Assembly: GCA_965287045.1 (NCBI GenBank)
Contig: OZ336873.1
Span: 18,476,001 to 18,540,000 of the forward strand
Source: Carcharhinus amblyrhynchos
Taxonomy: Eukaryota
Direction: 5' to 3'
Length of the DNA stretch: 64,000 nucleotides
In this document: piece after piece, positions 38,226-51,425 of the stretch
Position numbering within the stretch: the first letter of the stretch is position 1
Layout: the number at the start of each line of letters is the position of its first letter
The notes under the pieces: generated by a model
The model's database searches: none
Told to the model about the DNA's origin: nothing
The model's input: the letters and a program-made list of their open reading frames with translations, nothing else
Program-made: the position numbers and the translations under genes

Positions 38226-39156
38226 TTGGATAATTGTGGGTGAGTACTTAAAGATTGTCTGGAGTAAAATGCTTAAATTAATGCCCAAGATTCTAGGTAA
38301 GTTAGACTAAAGTTTGATTTATATATGTTTTTCATTCCTTCGTCTTCCCACTATAATTTCAATGGTTACAATGTTGAGATCAGAGTATTTGTGTTGATAA
38401 CTCTTGGAGACACCATGCAGCATGATGACACATTGGTAGAACCAGTCAATCTGAATTTCTCAAAGTCAAATGAATCTTCTCCATATCGTCTGATCGTGGC
38501 TTCTCTGCTTCATCCTAACTTCCTAATTTGCACCATTCCATCTAGACTTTATCTACTCTTTCCTTCCCTCTTTCGCTCTATCTGTTGGCTCGTGCAGAGT
38601 AGATAGTGGCCTTGCCTCTGAGCCAGAAGCTCTGGGTTTGAATCAATGACCAAAGAAGATGTGTGCATTGCACAGCCAAGCAGACTGATTATCAACCTGT
38701 AATTCCTTCCAATATGCCTATTCCTTCCAACATAAGTGGGAGAGTCTCTTGTCCAGCCATGCTTGATGTGGAGTGGAGCCCCCCCTCCTCACCTTCCTCC
38801 TTGCCCCCCATCCCCCAACTCTCCATCCCAAGCTATAGCCTGTGGCGACCTGTTCCAGGAGAAGCAAGTTGTGAAAGTAGATATGTATATGCATGTGCTT
38901 CATATGTCTCTAGGCATGGGAAGGGAGTGAAGAAGCTGTCATTGCATGATGCTTTTCCATTCTGTTTTACTCTCTCATTTTTTCTCTCTTCCTCTTTCTG
39001 CATTAAAAATAGGAAGACATTTCCTTTCAAATAAATGTATTTCACTTTGCTCTGATTCACATAGAGTCGTTATCTCAACAACCATGAGCTGTTGGGGGAG
39101 GCAGTGGCTAGTGGTGTTACTGCTCCACTGTTAACCCAGAAACTCAGCTAATGTTC

Positions 39157-40186
39157 ATAAGAAAAATAGGAGCAGGAGTAGGCCATCTAGCCCCTCGAGC
39201 CTGCCCCGCCATTCAATAAGATCATGGCTGATCTGTTGTGGCTCAGTTCCACTTTCCCGCCCTCTCCCCATAACCCTTAATCCCCTCTCTTATCAAGAAC
39301 CCATCAACCCGCTTCTTAAAAATATTTAGCGAGGCAGCCTCCACCACTTCAACGGGCAGAGAATTCCAGAGATTCACCACCCTTTGAGTGAAGAAGTTCC
39401 TCCTCAACTCCGTTCTAAACCGCCTCCCCTTTATCTTGAGGCTGTGCCCCCTAGTCCTACTGTCTTTTTTGAGCGGGAAGAGTCTCTCCACCTCTATCCT
39501 ATCCATCCCATTCATCATCTTATACGTCTCAATGAGATCTCCCCTCATTCTTCTAAACTCTAACGAGTACAAGCCTAGTTTATTCAGCCTCTCCTCATAG
39601 CTCAATCCCCTCAACTCCGGTATCAGCCTAGTAAACCTCCTCTGCACTCCCTCCAGGGCCAAAATATCCTTGCGCAGGTGCGGCGCCCAAAACTGCACAC
39701 AGTACTCCAGCTGCGGCCTCACCAATGCCCTATACAGCTGCAGCAAGACCTCCCTACTTTTACATTCAATCCCCTCGCTATGAAGGCCAGCATCCCATTC
39801 GCCCTCCTGACCACCCGCTGCACCTGCAAGCTGGGTTTTTGCGACTCATGCATAAGGACCCCGAGGTCCCTCTGCACCGTCGCCTGCTGCAGTTTTTCGC
39901 CACGTAAGTAATAGTCCTTCCTACCATTCTTCCTACCAAAGTGGACCACCTCACACTTGCCAACATTAAATTCCATTTGCCATTTCCTGGCCCATTCGCC
40001 CAGCCTATCTAGATCCTTCTGCAGACTCTCCACACCCTCCGCACAATTTGCCTTTCCCCCAATCTTGGTGTCATCAGCAAATTTCGACACCCTGCACTCG
40101 GTTCCCTCCTCCAGATCATCTATATAAATGGTAAATAGCTGAGGCCCCAGCACCGACCCCTGGGGCATTCCACTAGTCACCAACCT
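39157..40186 (-). mobile_element. Young CR1 LINE, 5'-truncated (RT C-terminal half plus 3' UTR)
   Basis: ORFs 39719-40183 (VTSGMPQGSVLGPQLFTIYIDDL...KFADDTKIGG) and 39243-39746 joined by one frameshift. Confidence 0.95.
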
Positions 40187-40387
40187 TGGGGTTCCAGGGG
40201 TCTGGATTCAAATCCTGCCATGGCGGATGGTGGAACTTGAATTAAATAAAAGAATTAGGAATCTACTGGTGACCATGAAACAATTATTGGAAAATCCATC
40301 TGAGTCACTAATGTCTTCTAGGGAAGGAAATCTATCGTCCTTACCTGGCCTGGCCTACATATGATTCCAGAACCACAGTAATGTGGC

Positions 40388-41240
40388 TAAGTGAGTGGGC
40401 GAGGACCTGGCAGATGGAGTATAATGTTAGCAAATGTTAGGTTATCCACTTTGGTAGAAATAATAGTAGGAGGGATTATTATTTAAAGGGCAAAAAGCTG
40501 CAGCATGCTACGGTGCAGAGGGACCTGGGGGTCCTTGTGCACGAATCGCAAAAACCCAGTCTGCAGGTGCAGCAGGTGATTAAGAAGGCAAATGGAATGT
40601 TGGCCTTTATAGCGAGGGGGATAGAATATAAAAGCAGAGAGGTCTTGCTGCAACTGTACAGGGCACTGGTGAGGCCGCAACTGGAGTACTGTGTGGAGTT
40701 TTGGTCACCGCATTTGCGAAAGGATATATTGGCCTTGGAGGGAGTGCAGAGAAGGTTCACTAGGCTGATACCGGAGATGAGGGGGTTAGCCTATGAGGAG
40801 AGATTGAATGGACTGGGTCTGTACTCGTTGGAGTTTAGAAGGCTGAGGAGGGATCTTATAGAGACATATAAGATAATGAAGGGGCAAGATAGGGTAGAGG
40901 TAGAGAGATTCTTCCCGCTTAGAAAGGATAGAAGAACTGGAGGGCACAGCCTCAAAATAAGTGGGGGGGCAGTTTAGATCGGAGTTGAGGAGGAACTTCT
41001 TCACTCAAAGGGTGGTGAATCTCTGGAATTCTCTGCTCGTTGACGTGGTGGAGGCTATCTCGCTGAATATATTTAAGTCACGGGTAGATAGGTTTCTGAT
41101 AGACAATGGAATTAAGGGTTATGGGGAGAAAGCGGGAAAGTGGAACTGATCCACTTCAGACCAGCCATGATCTTGTTGCAAGGCGGGGCAGGCTTGAAGG
41201 GCTAGATGGCCTACTCCTGCTCCTATTTCTTATGTTCTTA
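40388..41240 (+). mobile_element. Young CR1 LINE, 5'-truncated
   Basis: ORFs 40513-40977 and 40961-41149 (LVRPQLEYCVEFWSP...RRNFFTQRVVNLWNSL) and TTCTTATG tail. Confidence 0.95.
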
Positions 41241-42587
41241 ATGTGCTTGGCTCTCAGGCAACTAGGTATGGGCAATAAATGCTGGCCAACTAGTGATGCC
41301 CATGTCCTGCAAATGAATAATTATAGAATTTTTTTTAGGTAACTATGCATGGATATGTACACAAGTGTTCTAAGGCTTAACTCCTGGATGTGTTTATTAC
41401 TAGTTACAGGGTTGGAATTGTAGTTAGCATCCGACTGAGCCATCACTATTCTGAGGTTTAAACCAAACATCAGTGATCGCTCATGACATTAATCAAGATA
41501 GGCTGAACTGTCACTGTTATATCCTTTTCCAAGGATCTTTGATTTTTTTTTAAGTACTTCGTTGGTCGTGAGGCACTTTGAGACACGCTGAGGCCATGAA
41601 AGGTGCTACCTTTATGCTCGTAAAGGGTCTCATTAATATTTATTAGTATCATAAGTAGGCTTACATTAACACTGCAATGAAGTTACTGTGAAAATCCCCT
41701 AGTCGCCATACTCTGGTGCCTGTTCAGGTACGCTGCACTCTCTCTCAAGGTTAAAACTTTAGGATTTTTTTTGCTGATTTTGTTTTTCATTTGCCATTTC
41801 ACCTCAAAACACTTAATTCAAAGGAGTGCAACTATTAACACTAACACTGAAACTGCCAATTCCTCTCACAAAACTCCTTGTCTGCTTGAGTCCAGGATAG
41901 GCAATGCTTGACATCATACACTGCTGCGAAGTCATTGCTTCTCAGTTCATTCTATCACCCTGAATACAGGACAACTGATTAAATGTGTGTCAGCTGTATC
42001 AGAATGGATAATGTGCATTGGATAACAAGGATATCACCTTCAAAGCAGTAATAAATAATGTTAATTTTACAGATCTAGAAACTGAATTGCCGATCTCTGA
42101 TGGATGAAAGGGTTAATCAGATTAACAACAAATGTCACAGCAAACTTGAACTGATTGGAAGGCATTTGTTCAATGCGTTCTGCTTTAGTTTGGTGTATGT
42201 GTAATGTAACAGGGCAAGATTATATTTTTTTAAAGCATGGTCTTTAAACCACAACATGCTGAAATAACCCATTAAAGTTATTGTTCTGCAATTGTATGTC
42301 TGAGGGAATATTTGAGCAGGTGGTCTTTGTGTGGGGAAGTGGGTAAGGAAGCAAAATCTGTGGTTAGAGGATGTTGACTATTGAGGTTTGGGAAACAAGA
42401 GAGGGTATGTTTTTCTAAGTATGTGCTATAATATGGATGAGCCAGACAGAGTAGGAGTTGATAAGTTTCCAATGATGAACAGAAACCAGACTGATGATTA
42501 ACAAATTCACTTGGTTGAATAACGAATGACTACTAAAGAAATGTCTGTGTAATACGGTAATTGGCACTTACTGATACAAGACGTTTA

Positions 42588-42865
42588 GGGTGGCACAGCG
42601 GTTGGCACTGCTGTCTCACAGCACTAGAGACCTGGGTTCAATTCCAGCCCTGGATCACTGTATGGAGTTTGCATGTTCTCTCCTTGTTCTGGGTGCTCCA
42701 GTTGCCTCCCACAGTCCAAAGATATGCAGGTCAGGTGCATTGGCCATGCTGAATTCTTCCTCAGCGTACCTGAACAGGCACCAGAGTATGGCGACTAGGG
42801 GATTTTCACAGTAACTTCATTGTAGTGTTAATGTAAGCCTACTTATGATACTAATAAATAATAAT
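42588..42865 (+). mobile_element. HE1-type SINE, alternative tail
   Basis: Head, V-domain and TGTAAGCCTACTTATGATACTAATAAAT tail. Confidence 0.85.
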
Positions 42866-44081
42866 AAGATCCTTTACGAGCATAAAGGTAGCACCTTTCA
42901 TGGCCTCAGCATGTCTCAAAGTGCCTCACGAACAACGAAGCACTTAAAAAAATATATAATCACTGTTGTAATGTAGGAAACATCACAGGCAATTTGCACA
43001 TAGCCATCTTCTACAGTAAGCAGTATTCTTGTGATGTTTGTTGAGGTCCGGCCATCAGACCCTTCTACTCATCTTTGAAATAGTGCCATCTGTATTTCGA
43101 CTCCAACCTGAGAGGGCCACGTGTAGTCTTGGATCGACATCTCATCCAAAAATAAAATGGCACCTCCAACAATGCAGTACTCCCTCAGTGCTGCACTGGA
43201 ATGTTGTGCCTATATTTTATGCCTAGGTTTCCTAGTACTTTCCATAACAAAATTTGCTTGAAGGAAAGAAATTACAGATATGCAGTCCCTTAGTAAAAAT
43301 AATTACCCCCTGCAACAAATTGCAACGTCCTATTATAAGGCATGTTCTCCTTTAGCTCTTCTGACACTGTTTAAACATTTCCTGTTGACATCTGTATCCT
43401 AATTTTTCTTGACAGCATGCACTCATTTTAATTTGCCTGTAGAACATACACAAGGCACATCCTCAGCGAAAGCCAAACTTCTTGCTGGAGATATTCTGGA
43501 GGAAAATAAGCTTGGTTCCCTGAAAGATATAGCTTATTTAGTTTTCTTTACTTAAGCAGAGTCATTGAAAATACATAAAGTTGATTTAGGGTTCTGAAGA
43601 AGTTTTTTCGACTTGCAACATTAACTCTGTGGGTGGGATTTTCCAGCTGTGCTTGCCTTGAAACGAGAAAATCCTGCCCGAGATCAACTCATTGTTCCAT
43701 GGTCTGCTCCTCACCCACTACGATTCCCGTGGCAGGCGGAGTTGGAAAATTGGCCCCTGTATCTTTCTCCACTGATGCTGACAGATCTGTTGAGTGTTTC
43801 CAGCCCCATTTTTGGATAGAGTTTTCATTTTGGATACAATTGTCAATTTAAGTGCATATTATGCCTGTGTTGCGAAGTTTCTATTTTCCCTGAATTTCCA
43901 CGCAAACTCATTTGCATGCCACTACCATTAGTCATTGCGATCAAACAGCATTTTAAATTTTGCTTTGAAGGATTCTCTTCATTTATTACAAGTGGTGAAT
44001 TTTGGTTAAAATAACTGAAAATAGGTTTATCGCAAACAAATAAACATATTTAGTGAGTGTCAATCCCCCACCCCTGAGTAA

Positions 44082-44360
44082 TCATAGAACCCTACAGTGC
44101 AGAAGGAGGCCATTCGACCCAATCCCACCTATCCCCATAACCCCATGCATTTATGCTAGCTAGTCCCCTGACATTAAGGGGCAATTTAACATGGCCAATC
44201 TATCTAACCTGCACATCTCTGGACTGTGGGAAGAAACCAGAGCACCAGAGGAAACCCACGCAGACATGGGGAGAACCTGCAAACTCCACACAGTGACCTG
44301 AGCCGAGAATCAAACCCGGGTCCCTGGCACTGTGAGGCAACAGTGCTCATCACTGTTCCA
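44082..44360 (-). mobile_element. HE1-type SINE
   Basis: Reverse complement of head, V-domain and tail. Confidence 0.85.
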
Positions 44361-44424
44361 GTAATCTAATTTTAAGTTACTGAAATTTCACTTCTAAAAA
44401 ATAACTTATTTTCTAGTTATATTG

Positions 44425-44997
44425 ATTTGATTTTGATGTGATTTGATTTATTATTGTCACACATATTAGTAAACAGTAAAAAGTATTGTTTCTTGCACGC
44501 TACACAGACAAAGCACACCGTTTATAGAGAAGGAAAGGAGAGACTGCAGAATGTAGTGTTACAGTCAAAGCTAGGGTGTAGAGAAAGATCAACTTAGTGC
44601 AAAGTTGGACCATACAAAAATCTGATGGCAGCAGGGATGAAGCTGTTCTTGAGTCGGTTGGTACGTGACCTGAAACTTTGGTATCTTTTTCCCGACAGAA
44701 GAAAGCGGAGGAGAGTGTATCTGGGATGCGTGAGGTCCTTACTTATGCTGGCTGCTTTGCCAAGACAGCGGGAAGTGAAGACAGAGTCAATGGATGGGAG
44801 GCTGGTTTGCGTGATGGATTTGGCTATATTCATGACCTTTTGTAGTTTCTTGTGGTCTTAGGCAGATCAGGAGCCATACCAAGCTGTGATACAACCAGAA
44901 AGAATGGTTTCTATGCTGCATCTGTAAAAATTGGTGAAAGTTGTAGCTGATATGCCAAATTTCCTTAGTCTTCTGAGAAAGTAAAAGTGTTGGTGGG
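44425..44997 (-). mobile_element. Rex1/Babar-like LINE 3' end
   Basis: LPSIDSVFTSRCLGKAASISKDLTHP...LLSGKRYQSFRSRTNRLKNSFIPAAIR is a Rex1-type C-terminus. Tail TGTGACAATAATAAATCAAATC. Confidence 0.8.
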
Positions 44998-45884
44998 CTA
45001 GGGGCACATTATTCAGCTTCCTGATAAAGTAAAAGTGAAAACAGATTTAAATGTTTTTAGAGCATTCCTTTTAGTGTTCTTTCACCCAAAGGAACAAGTT
45101 TAATTTTCCTGCTGGCCTGCAAATTGGCATAACAAGCAGAAACTCTGAACTGTGATTTCTTCACAATGTTCGATTTTGTAGATGCGACTACTTCAAAGGC
45201 GATGGATCGGATCCTCCAACCTCACCTGCAGCTGGGATTCTCCAGTCCCGCTGCACTGAATGGAGATTTGGCTGAGCGCCGAATTCTCCTTTCTCACTGG
45301 CTGTGGCAGCGGGACGTGAAATTTTTAAACTTAGTGCCAAAGGCTGCAGTATCTCAAGTTTCACTGACTGCAAATTGCACTTAAAAGTTTGCAATCTTTT
45401 GAACCAGCGATGCTGACTTCAGCTGAATTTGGCTAAAAAAAATCAGCATGATCATGTTTACGATGTTAGTTTGTATCTGACTAAAGAAAACAATGCTGCA
45501 ATGTCAGGTTTGTGTATTTACTGTAAGTGCCCTCTGATATCCATCAGCTTCGAAATCCAAATATTAGTTTGGCTGAGTGATAATACGCTCACCCCTCGGG
45601 CAGAAGGTCTTGAGTTCAAACACTATTGCATAACTTGATTATTACATTGCACTTGATGTTCTTGTGAACTATTTAGAGTATGTTGCATTCCAAGAGTTTC
45701 ATTTCAAATCAAATGTCAAACTGAGTTCGGGTATTTTACATGTGCTATTCATATGGCTTTCTCCTGATATTCTGGCCAACTGCACAAACAGCAACAAAGC
45801 AGATTAACTGGTTATTCATCTGACTCGTTTGATCGTCACTTGTTAGACTGTGTGCAAATCTATGAGTTTTCATGCTTTTTTTAT

Positions 45885-47050
45885 GTATTATTCATTCAGG
45901 GGATGTGGGTGTTGCTTGCAAGATCAGCTTTTATTGCCCACTCCTGATTGCCTCTGATAAAGTAATGGGTTTCTTGAACCACTGCAGTCCATGTGGGGAA
46001 AATATTTCCTCAATGCCGTGAAGAAAGGAGCCTCAGTGTTTTGACCCAGCAATAGTGAAGGCATGGTGATTTATTGCCAAGTCAGGAAGATGTGTGACTT
46101 GAAAGAGAATTGCAAGTGATGGTGCTCCGGTGTACTTTGTCCAGATGATAGAAGTGGCAAGGTACAGTTGAACAAGCTGGTGAATTGCTTTTCAGTTAGG
46201 CTGCTTTGTTCCAACTGATGTTGAGCTTCTTGAGCATTGTTGGAGCTGCACTCATTCAACCACACAAGTGAGGAGCAGTCTGTCATACTCCTAAGTTCTG
46301 TCTTGTAAAGTTAGGCTTTGGAGAGTAAGGAGGTGAGTTATTCACGTTAGAATTCTTGGCTTCTGATCTGCTCTTGCAGCCATAGTATTTATGTATTTAG
46401 TCTAGTCAATTTTCTGGTCAGTGGTTACCTCCAGGATATCGATGGCGGGGGATTTGATGATGGCAATGCTGTTGGATGTCAAGGATAAGTGGTTAGACTC
46501 TCTTGTCCATGAAGGTCATTGCCTGGCTTTTGAGAGACATGTAATGGCTTAAGATTGGATGTTATCCAGGTTTTTCTGCATGTGAGCACAGATTCCTTCA
46601 TTAACTGAGGAGCTGAGGGTGGTATTGAAAGTTTTGTAATCATCAGCAAGCATGCCCACTTCTAACTTCACAAAGAAGTCCATGAAATAGCTGAAATAAT
46701 TGAGCCTAAGACATTGGCCTGAGGAACTCCTGAGGGGTGTCCTGGGATTGAGCTGAATGGACTCCAACAACCACAAGCATCTTTGTTTTTGCTGGTTTAC
46801 TCCAACCAGTGAAGAGTTTTCTGCTCATTTCCACTGGCTTCAATTTTACTGGGATTCCTTGATGCCGCACTCAATTAAATGCTATATTGACATCAAGCCA
46901 CTCACTTTTTCACCTTACCTCTGAAATCCAGATCTTTTGTCCATGTTTGGACCAAGGCTGCAATGAAGTTTGCACTGAGTTCCCTTGGCAAAACACAAAC
47001 TAACTAGCAGTGGTGTTTTATTGGTAAGTGCCACTTGATAACATTGGGAA
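45885..47050 (-). mobile_element. CR1/L2-group LINE fragment (same family as 32310-33900)
   Basis: EVGMLADDYKTF motif and shared tail. Further pieces at 24360-24690, 47960-48320 and 53320-53970. Confidence 0.7.
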
Positions 47051-47098
47051 CACTTTCCTTCTCTTTACGAATGATTGTGCACAGACAGATGGGGAAGT

Positions 47099-47378
47099 GC
47101 GGCACTGTGGTTAGTACTGCTGCCTCACGGCATCAGGGACCGGGTTCAATTCTAGCCTTGGGTCACTGTCTGTGCAAAGTCTTCAGGTTCTCTCCCATGT
47201 CTGCAGGGGTTTCCTCCGGGTGCTCCGATTTCCTTGTGCTGATTAGGTGCATTGACCTGCTGAATTCTCCCTCAGTGTACCCAAACAGGTGCTGAAAAGT
47301 GGCGACTAGGGGCTTGTCACAGTAACTTCATTGCAGTGTTAATGTCAGCCAATTTGTGACACTAATGAAAAATTTAAC
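47099..47378 (+). mobile_element. HE1-type SINE, alternative tail
   Basis: Head, V-domain and alternative tail. Confidence 0.85.
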
Positions 47379-48419
47379 TTTAATAGATTGCATTAGATTG
47401 GCCTTGGTTTTTGTGAAGAGTACATAACTGGGCAATTTTCCCACCTGCTGGGTAGATTTCAGTGTTATAAGTACATTGGGACAACTTGGTTGAAGAGATG
47501 GCTGATCTGGAGTTTAATTTTTCAGCACAGTTGCATGTGTTGCTGTTGGGGCCCATAGCCTTTGCAATATGCATCACCACCATGCGGAGTGAATTGACCC
47601 AACTGAAGACTTGCATCTACTATGGTGAGGATGTCAGGGAGAGGCTGAGACGGATTATGTACTTGGCACTACCTACTCTGTCATTGTTGAGGATATTCAT
47701 GGGAGGACAGCCCCAGCCTCACTTTCTGTCAATTGCAAATACACAAAAAGTGTCGGATAGATAAGGATCCGTTGCCCCTTACAATTGCAATCACTTGTGT
47801 ATCCTCTTCCCACTCAAAGCTATGCGCTTTCCTGAATGGGTCAGTAAAAACAAATCCATTTTTTTGGGGGGGAGTGGGGTGGAGGGGGGGAGTGAAAATT
47901 TCTCTCACTCCCATCTAACCACAGAAAACTAGCCCAGAAGATTACAAGCTCTGAATTTCTTTGGTTGGGATAATGACCACTTCAACAAGAAAGAGGTCCA
48001 ATTTATGCTTGAAGGCATCCAGCAAGCTGACATCCAAGACACAGAGGAACTCCTGGGGCTGAGGTGATTGGATTCCAACAACCACAAGCATCTTCTTTTG
48101 CGCTGATAATGACTCCAACCAGTGAAGAGTTTTCCCCTCTTTCCCGCTGACTTCAATTTTACCAAGACTTCTTGGTAGAGGGATATGGTCCCTGGAAGGG
48201 TAGGGGGGCTTCAGTTCAGTCAGGCAGCATGGTCGGTGCAGGCTTGGAGGGCTGAAGGGCCTGTTCCTGTGCTGTTGTTTTCTTTGTTCTTTGTCCTTGA
48301 TGCTGCACTCAGTTAAATGCTATGTTGATATCCTGTTCCAGAGATCTATTATTGTCTGGAAGAAAACAACTTCCTGACATCTTACCTAGACTAAATCAAA
48401 TTCTCCCTCACCAGTTTAA

Positions 48420-50230
48420 TAGAGGTGAACCATCCAAGGTGAAAAATAAAGAGAACAGGCTGATACAGTCCAGTTTACAGCCTAAACAATTTGCAGCCCA
48501 CCTAACCGCAAGCAGAGAAAAAGAGGAGAGGACATGGTAGCCACCATTATTCAGTGTTCTTGTTGTGGTGGGGAAAGGCTGCATCAATGTGAAGGTTGCC
48601 CCCTAAAAACGCATTTATTCAAGAAGCAAGGCCACTTTTAATCACTGTTCTATAGCAAATACCTTTTAACCAAATAAAGGAAAGAAAAACCAGCCAAGGT
48701 CATATGCCATTCGGAAAACTGAAGACATCCAAGAAACTGAAGAACAAAAGAAGCCAGAAGTACCTTCCTTAGGAAAGATTACAAGATCAAGTGGAAATTA
48801 TATTCGGTGGCACGATAGCACTGTGGTTACCACTGCTGTTTCACAGCTCCAGGGACCTGGGTTCGATTCCCGGCTCAGGTCACTGTCTGTGTGGAGTTTG
48901 CACATTCTCCTCGTGTCTGCATGGGTTTCCTCCGGGTCCAAAGATGTGCAGGTTAGGTTGATTGGCCATGCTAAAATTGCCCCTTACTGTACTGGGCTGC
49001 TTAGGTTAGAGGGATTAGCGGGTAAAATATGTAGGGTTATGGGAGTAGGGCCTGGGTGGGTTTGTGGTCGGTGCAGACTCGATGGGCCGAAGGGCCTCTT
49101 TCTGCTCTGTAGGGTTCTATGATTCTATGATTATATGGTCAACAGCTATAAAACCAGCTTCACGTTAGCCCCTAGAGCATGTGTTCAACTCTGTCAGGTA
49201 CAGCAGAGCAGTTGCATCCAGAGGTACTCCAGCCATTGACCATAAAATCCCATGGTCCGGAGGCCTTTGACTGAAATTTGACTGCCCAACTCCAGAATAA
49301 AGGAAGATAAATAAGTAAAAGCTTGTACGCAATTCACAATCAAGAATGCTCGTTGTTTAGTCAGAAAACTTGCACAGATTTCCAACTTCTTTTTTAAAGG
49401 AGAGGAATGGAAAACCAAAGGAGAACATCTAGAAGAAACCAAACAGATGATTTCTTTGGAACAGCAGGTGAAGAAATCAGATGAATATGCACAAAGCAAG
49501 CAGCATTTAACAGCAGATGCATTATCACATATTCTTATTGAGAGGCCTAAAGTTAAAGTGTCTTTATTAGTCACAAGTTGGCTTACATTAACGCTGCAGT
49601 GAAGTTACTGTGAAAATCCCTGAGTTGCCACACTCCGTTCGGGTACAGTGAGGGAGAATTTACCATGGCCAATGCATCTAACCAGCATGTCTTTCGGAAA
49701 CCAGAGCACCCGGAGGAATACCACACAGGCACAGGGAGAACGTGCAGACTCCGCACAGGCAGTGACCCAAGCTGGGAAGTGAGCCCGGGTTCCTGGCACT
49801 GTGAGGCAACAGTGCTAACCACGTGCCACCTTGCCATGTCGAAACTGGAAGACATAAAACTTGTTGGGGAGACAGGGTCATACAGCTCGCTCATAACAAA
49901 ATTCTTATCAACAACCACACAAAATGCACCAAACATAGAAATCGGATAAATAATGTGCTAAAAGCAGAATAATGTACAATAAATGGCTGTTATATGTTTC
50001 TAACAAAATTATTCTGCAACAGTACTTCGAGCAACACGGTCATCACAGTATTCTGGATGACTTATGAATCCATGATGAGAGGTTAGTTAAACCAAGAATC
50101 CTTCACAGCATACAGTAGGAACCTAGGCATTACAATATTCCGTACAAGGGCACAAAATTCAGTTTGGTGGTCAGGAGTTTCAAAATCACGAGAGGACATG
50201 ATTTTGAGCTGCGTCACCCTGTGTAATCCA
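48420..50230 (+). mobile_element. Decayed Ty3/Gypsy LTR retrotransposon internal remnant, interrupted by SINEs at 48806-49132 (+) and 49550-49832 (-)
   Basis: From 50020: QYFEQHGHHSILDDL*IHDERLVKP. From 50123: LGITIFRTRAQNSVWWSGVSK, matching the Gypsy integrase zinc-binding region (H.GHLGITKC..RA..SVWWPG.S). Left boundary is uncertain. Confidence 0.6.
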
Positions 50231-51128
50231 TCACCAAGACTTAAAGGAACATTATATGTTATCGTCATTTCCATCCAGATCCAGGGAACATCTCAGAATG
50301 GATCTATTTGAGGAGGTGATATTCCTCACTCTTTGTTTACTGTCTACTCCAGATAGATTGAGGTTAAATAACTTCATGGAACAACTCAGAAACAATCATC
50401 AATTCACCATAAGGCAGTTTTTGCCACATTTCATATCTTGTCATTTTGGACAATGTCTGCGAATGAATGGTTCAAGAAATTTCGAGATATTAGGAAGTTA
50501 ACAAGGTTAGGAGTTGAATTTGAGATGGAAACAAAATAACAAACAAGTAACAAGATTAGCAAGCGTCTAGAGTAATAATAAGATGCGATTTGCCCAGAAA
50601 CAAGATTGGCAAGCGTCTGGAGAAATTGAGGTGTGAAATGCCATATCAGAAAAATTGTTTACCAGAGATCAGTGGGGATATACAAATGACAGCCAAGTCT
50701 ACAGGGCGGAATATCAACTGCTAGCACCTTCCCTGAAGAAGCAGGCTAGTTTTCCATCCAACGATGAGACAGAAGAACTCTGTCTAATCTTCCAAAAGAC
50801 CAGTTCCATCTATGATCAGAGCTACGGAGCCTTGTTCCATCTAACAATTGGAGTTACGGAAGATTGCAGAGTTTTGTGCCTTCATTGAACCAGGAAAAGG
50901 ACATCTTCCCAGACTTGTCATCTAAGCTGTATTACGTGGTAACATTTAGCTGGATCTGGCTTATACAATTATCGAATTAAATGTTGTTTGAGAAAAGGGC
51001 AGTTTCAGTGAGTTCAGAGAACGTGGATATATTTTGAGAAGAAGAGGTAATTTCACATGAAACAATGTGTGTAGTTATTAGTATACTTTAGTATCATAGT
51101 GTATATTAATCTTTCTTGTTGTGTGTTT

Positions 51129-51425
51129 TGGCATGGTGGCACAGTTGTTAGCGTTGCTGCCTCACAGCGCCGGGGACCCGGGTTTGATTCCCAGCTTGGG
51201 TCACTGTGCAGCGTCTGCACATTCTCACGGTGCCTGGATGGGTTTCCTCTAGGTGCTCCGGTTGCCTCCCACAGTCTGAAAGATATGCAGATTAGGTGCA
51301 TTGGCCATGCTGAATTCACCCTCAGTGTGCCCGAACAAGCACCAGAGTGTGACGATTAGGGGACTTTCACAGTAACTGCATTGCAGTATTATCATAAGCC
51401 TACTTGTGACATGAATAGATAAACT
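51129..51425 (+). mobile_element. HE1-type SINE, alternative tail
   Basis: Head, V-domain and alternative tail. Confidence 0.85.

Noticed and set aside
39243-41149. Intact reverse transcriptase genes
   Set aside because: Both are 5'-truncated, frameshifted CR1 copies and are not autonomous.
46650-48320. Local duplication between 46720-46890 and 48040-48320
   Set aside because: Both are pieces of the same dispersed LINE family, and no shared unique flank proves a local duplication.
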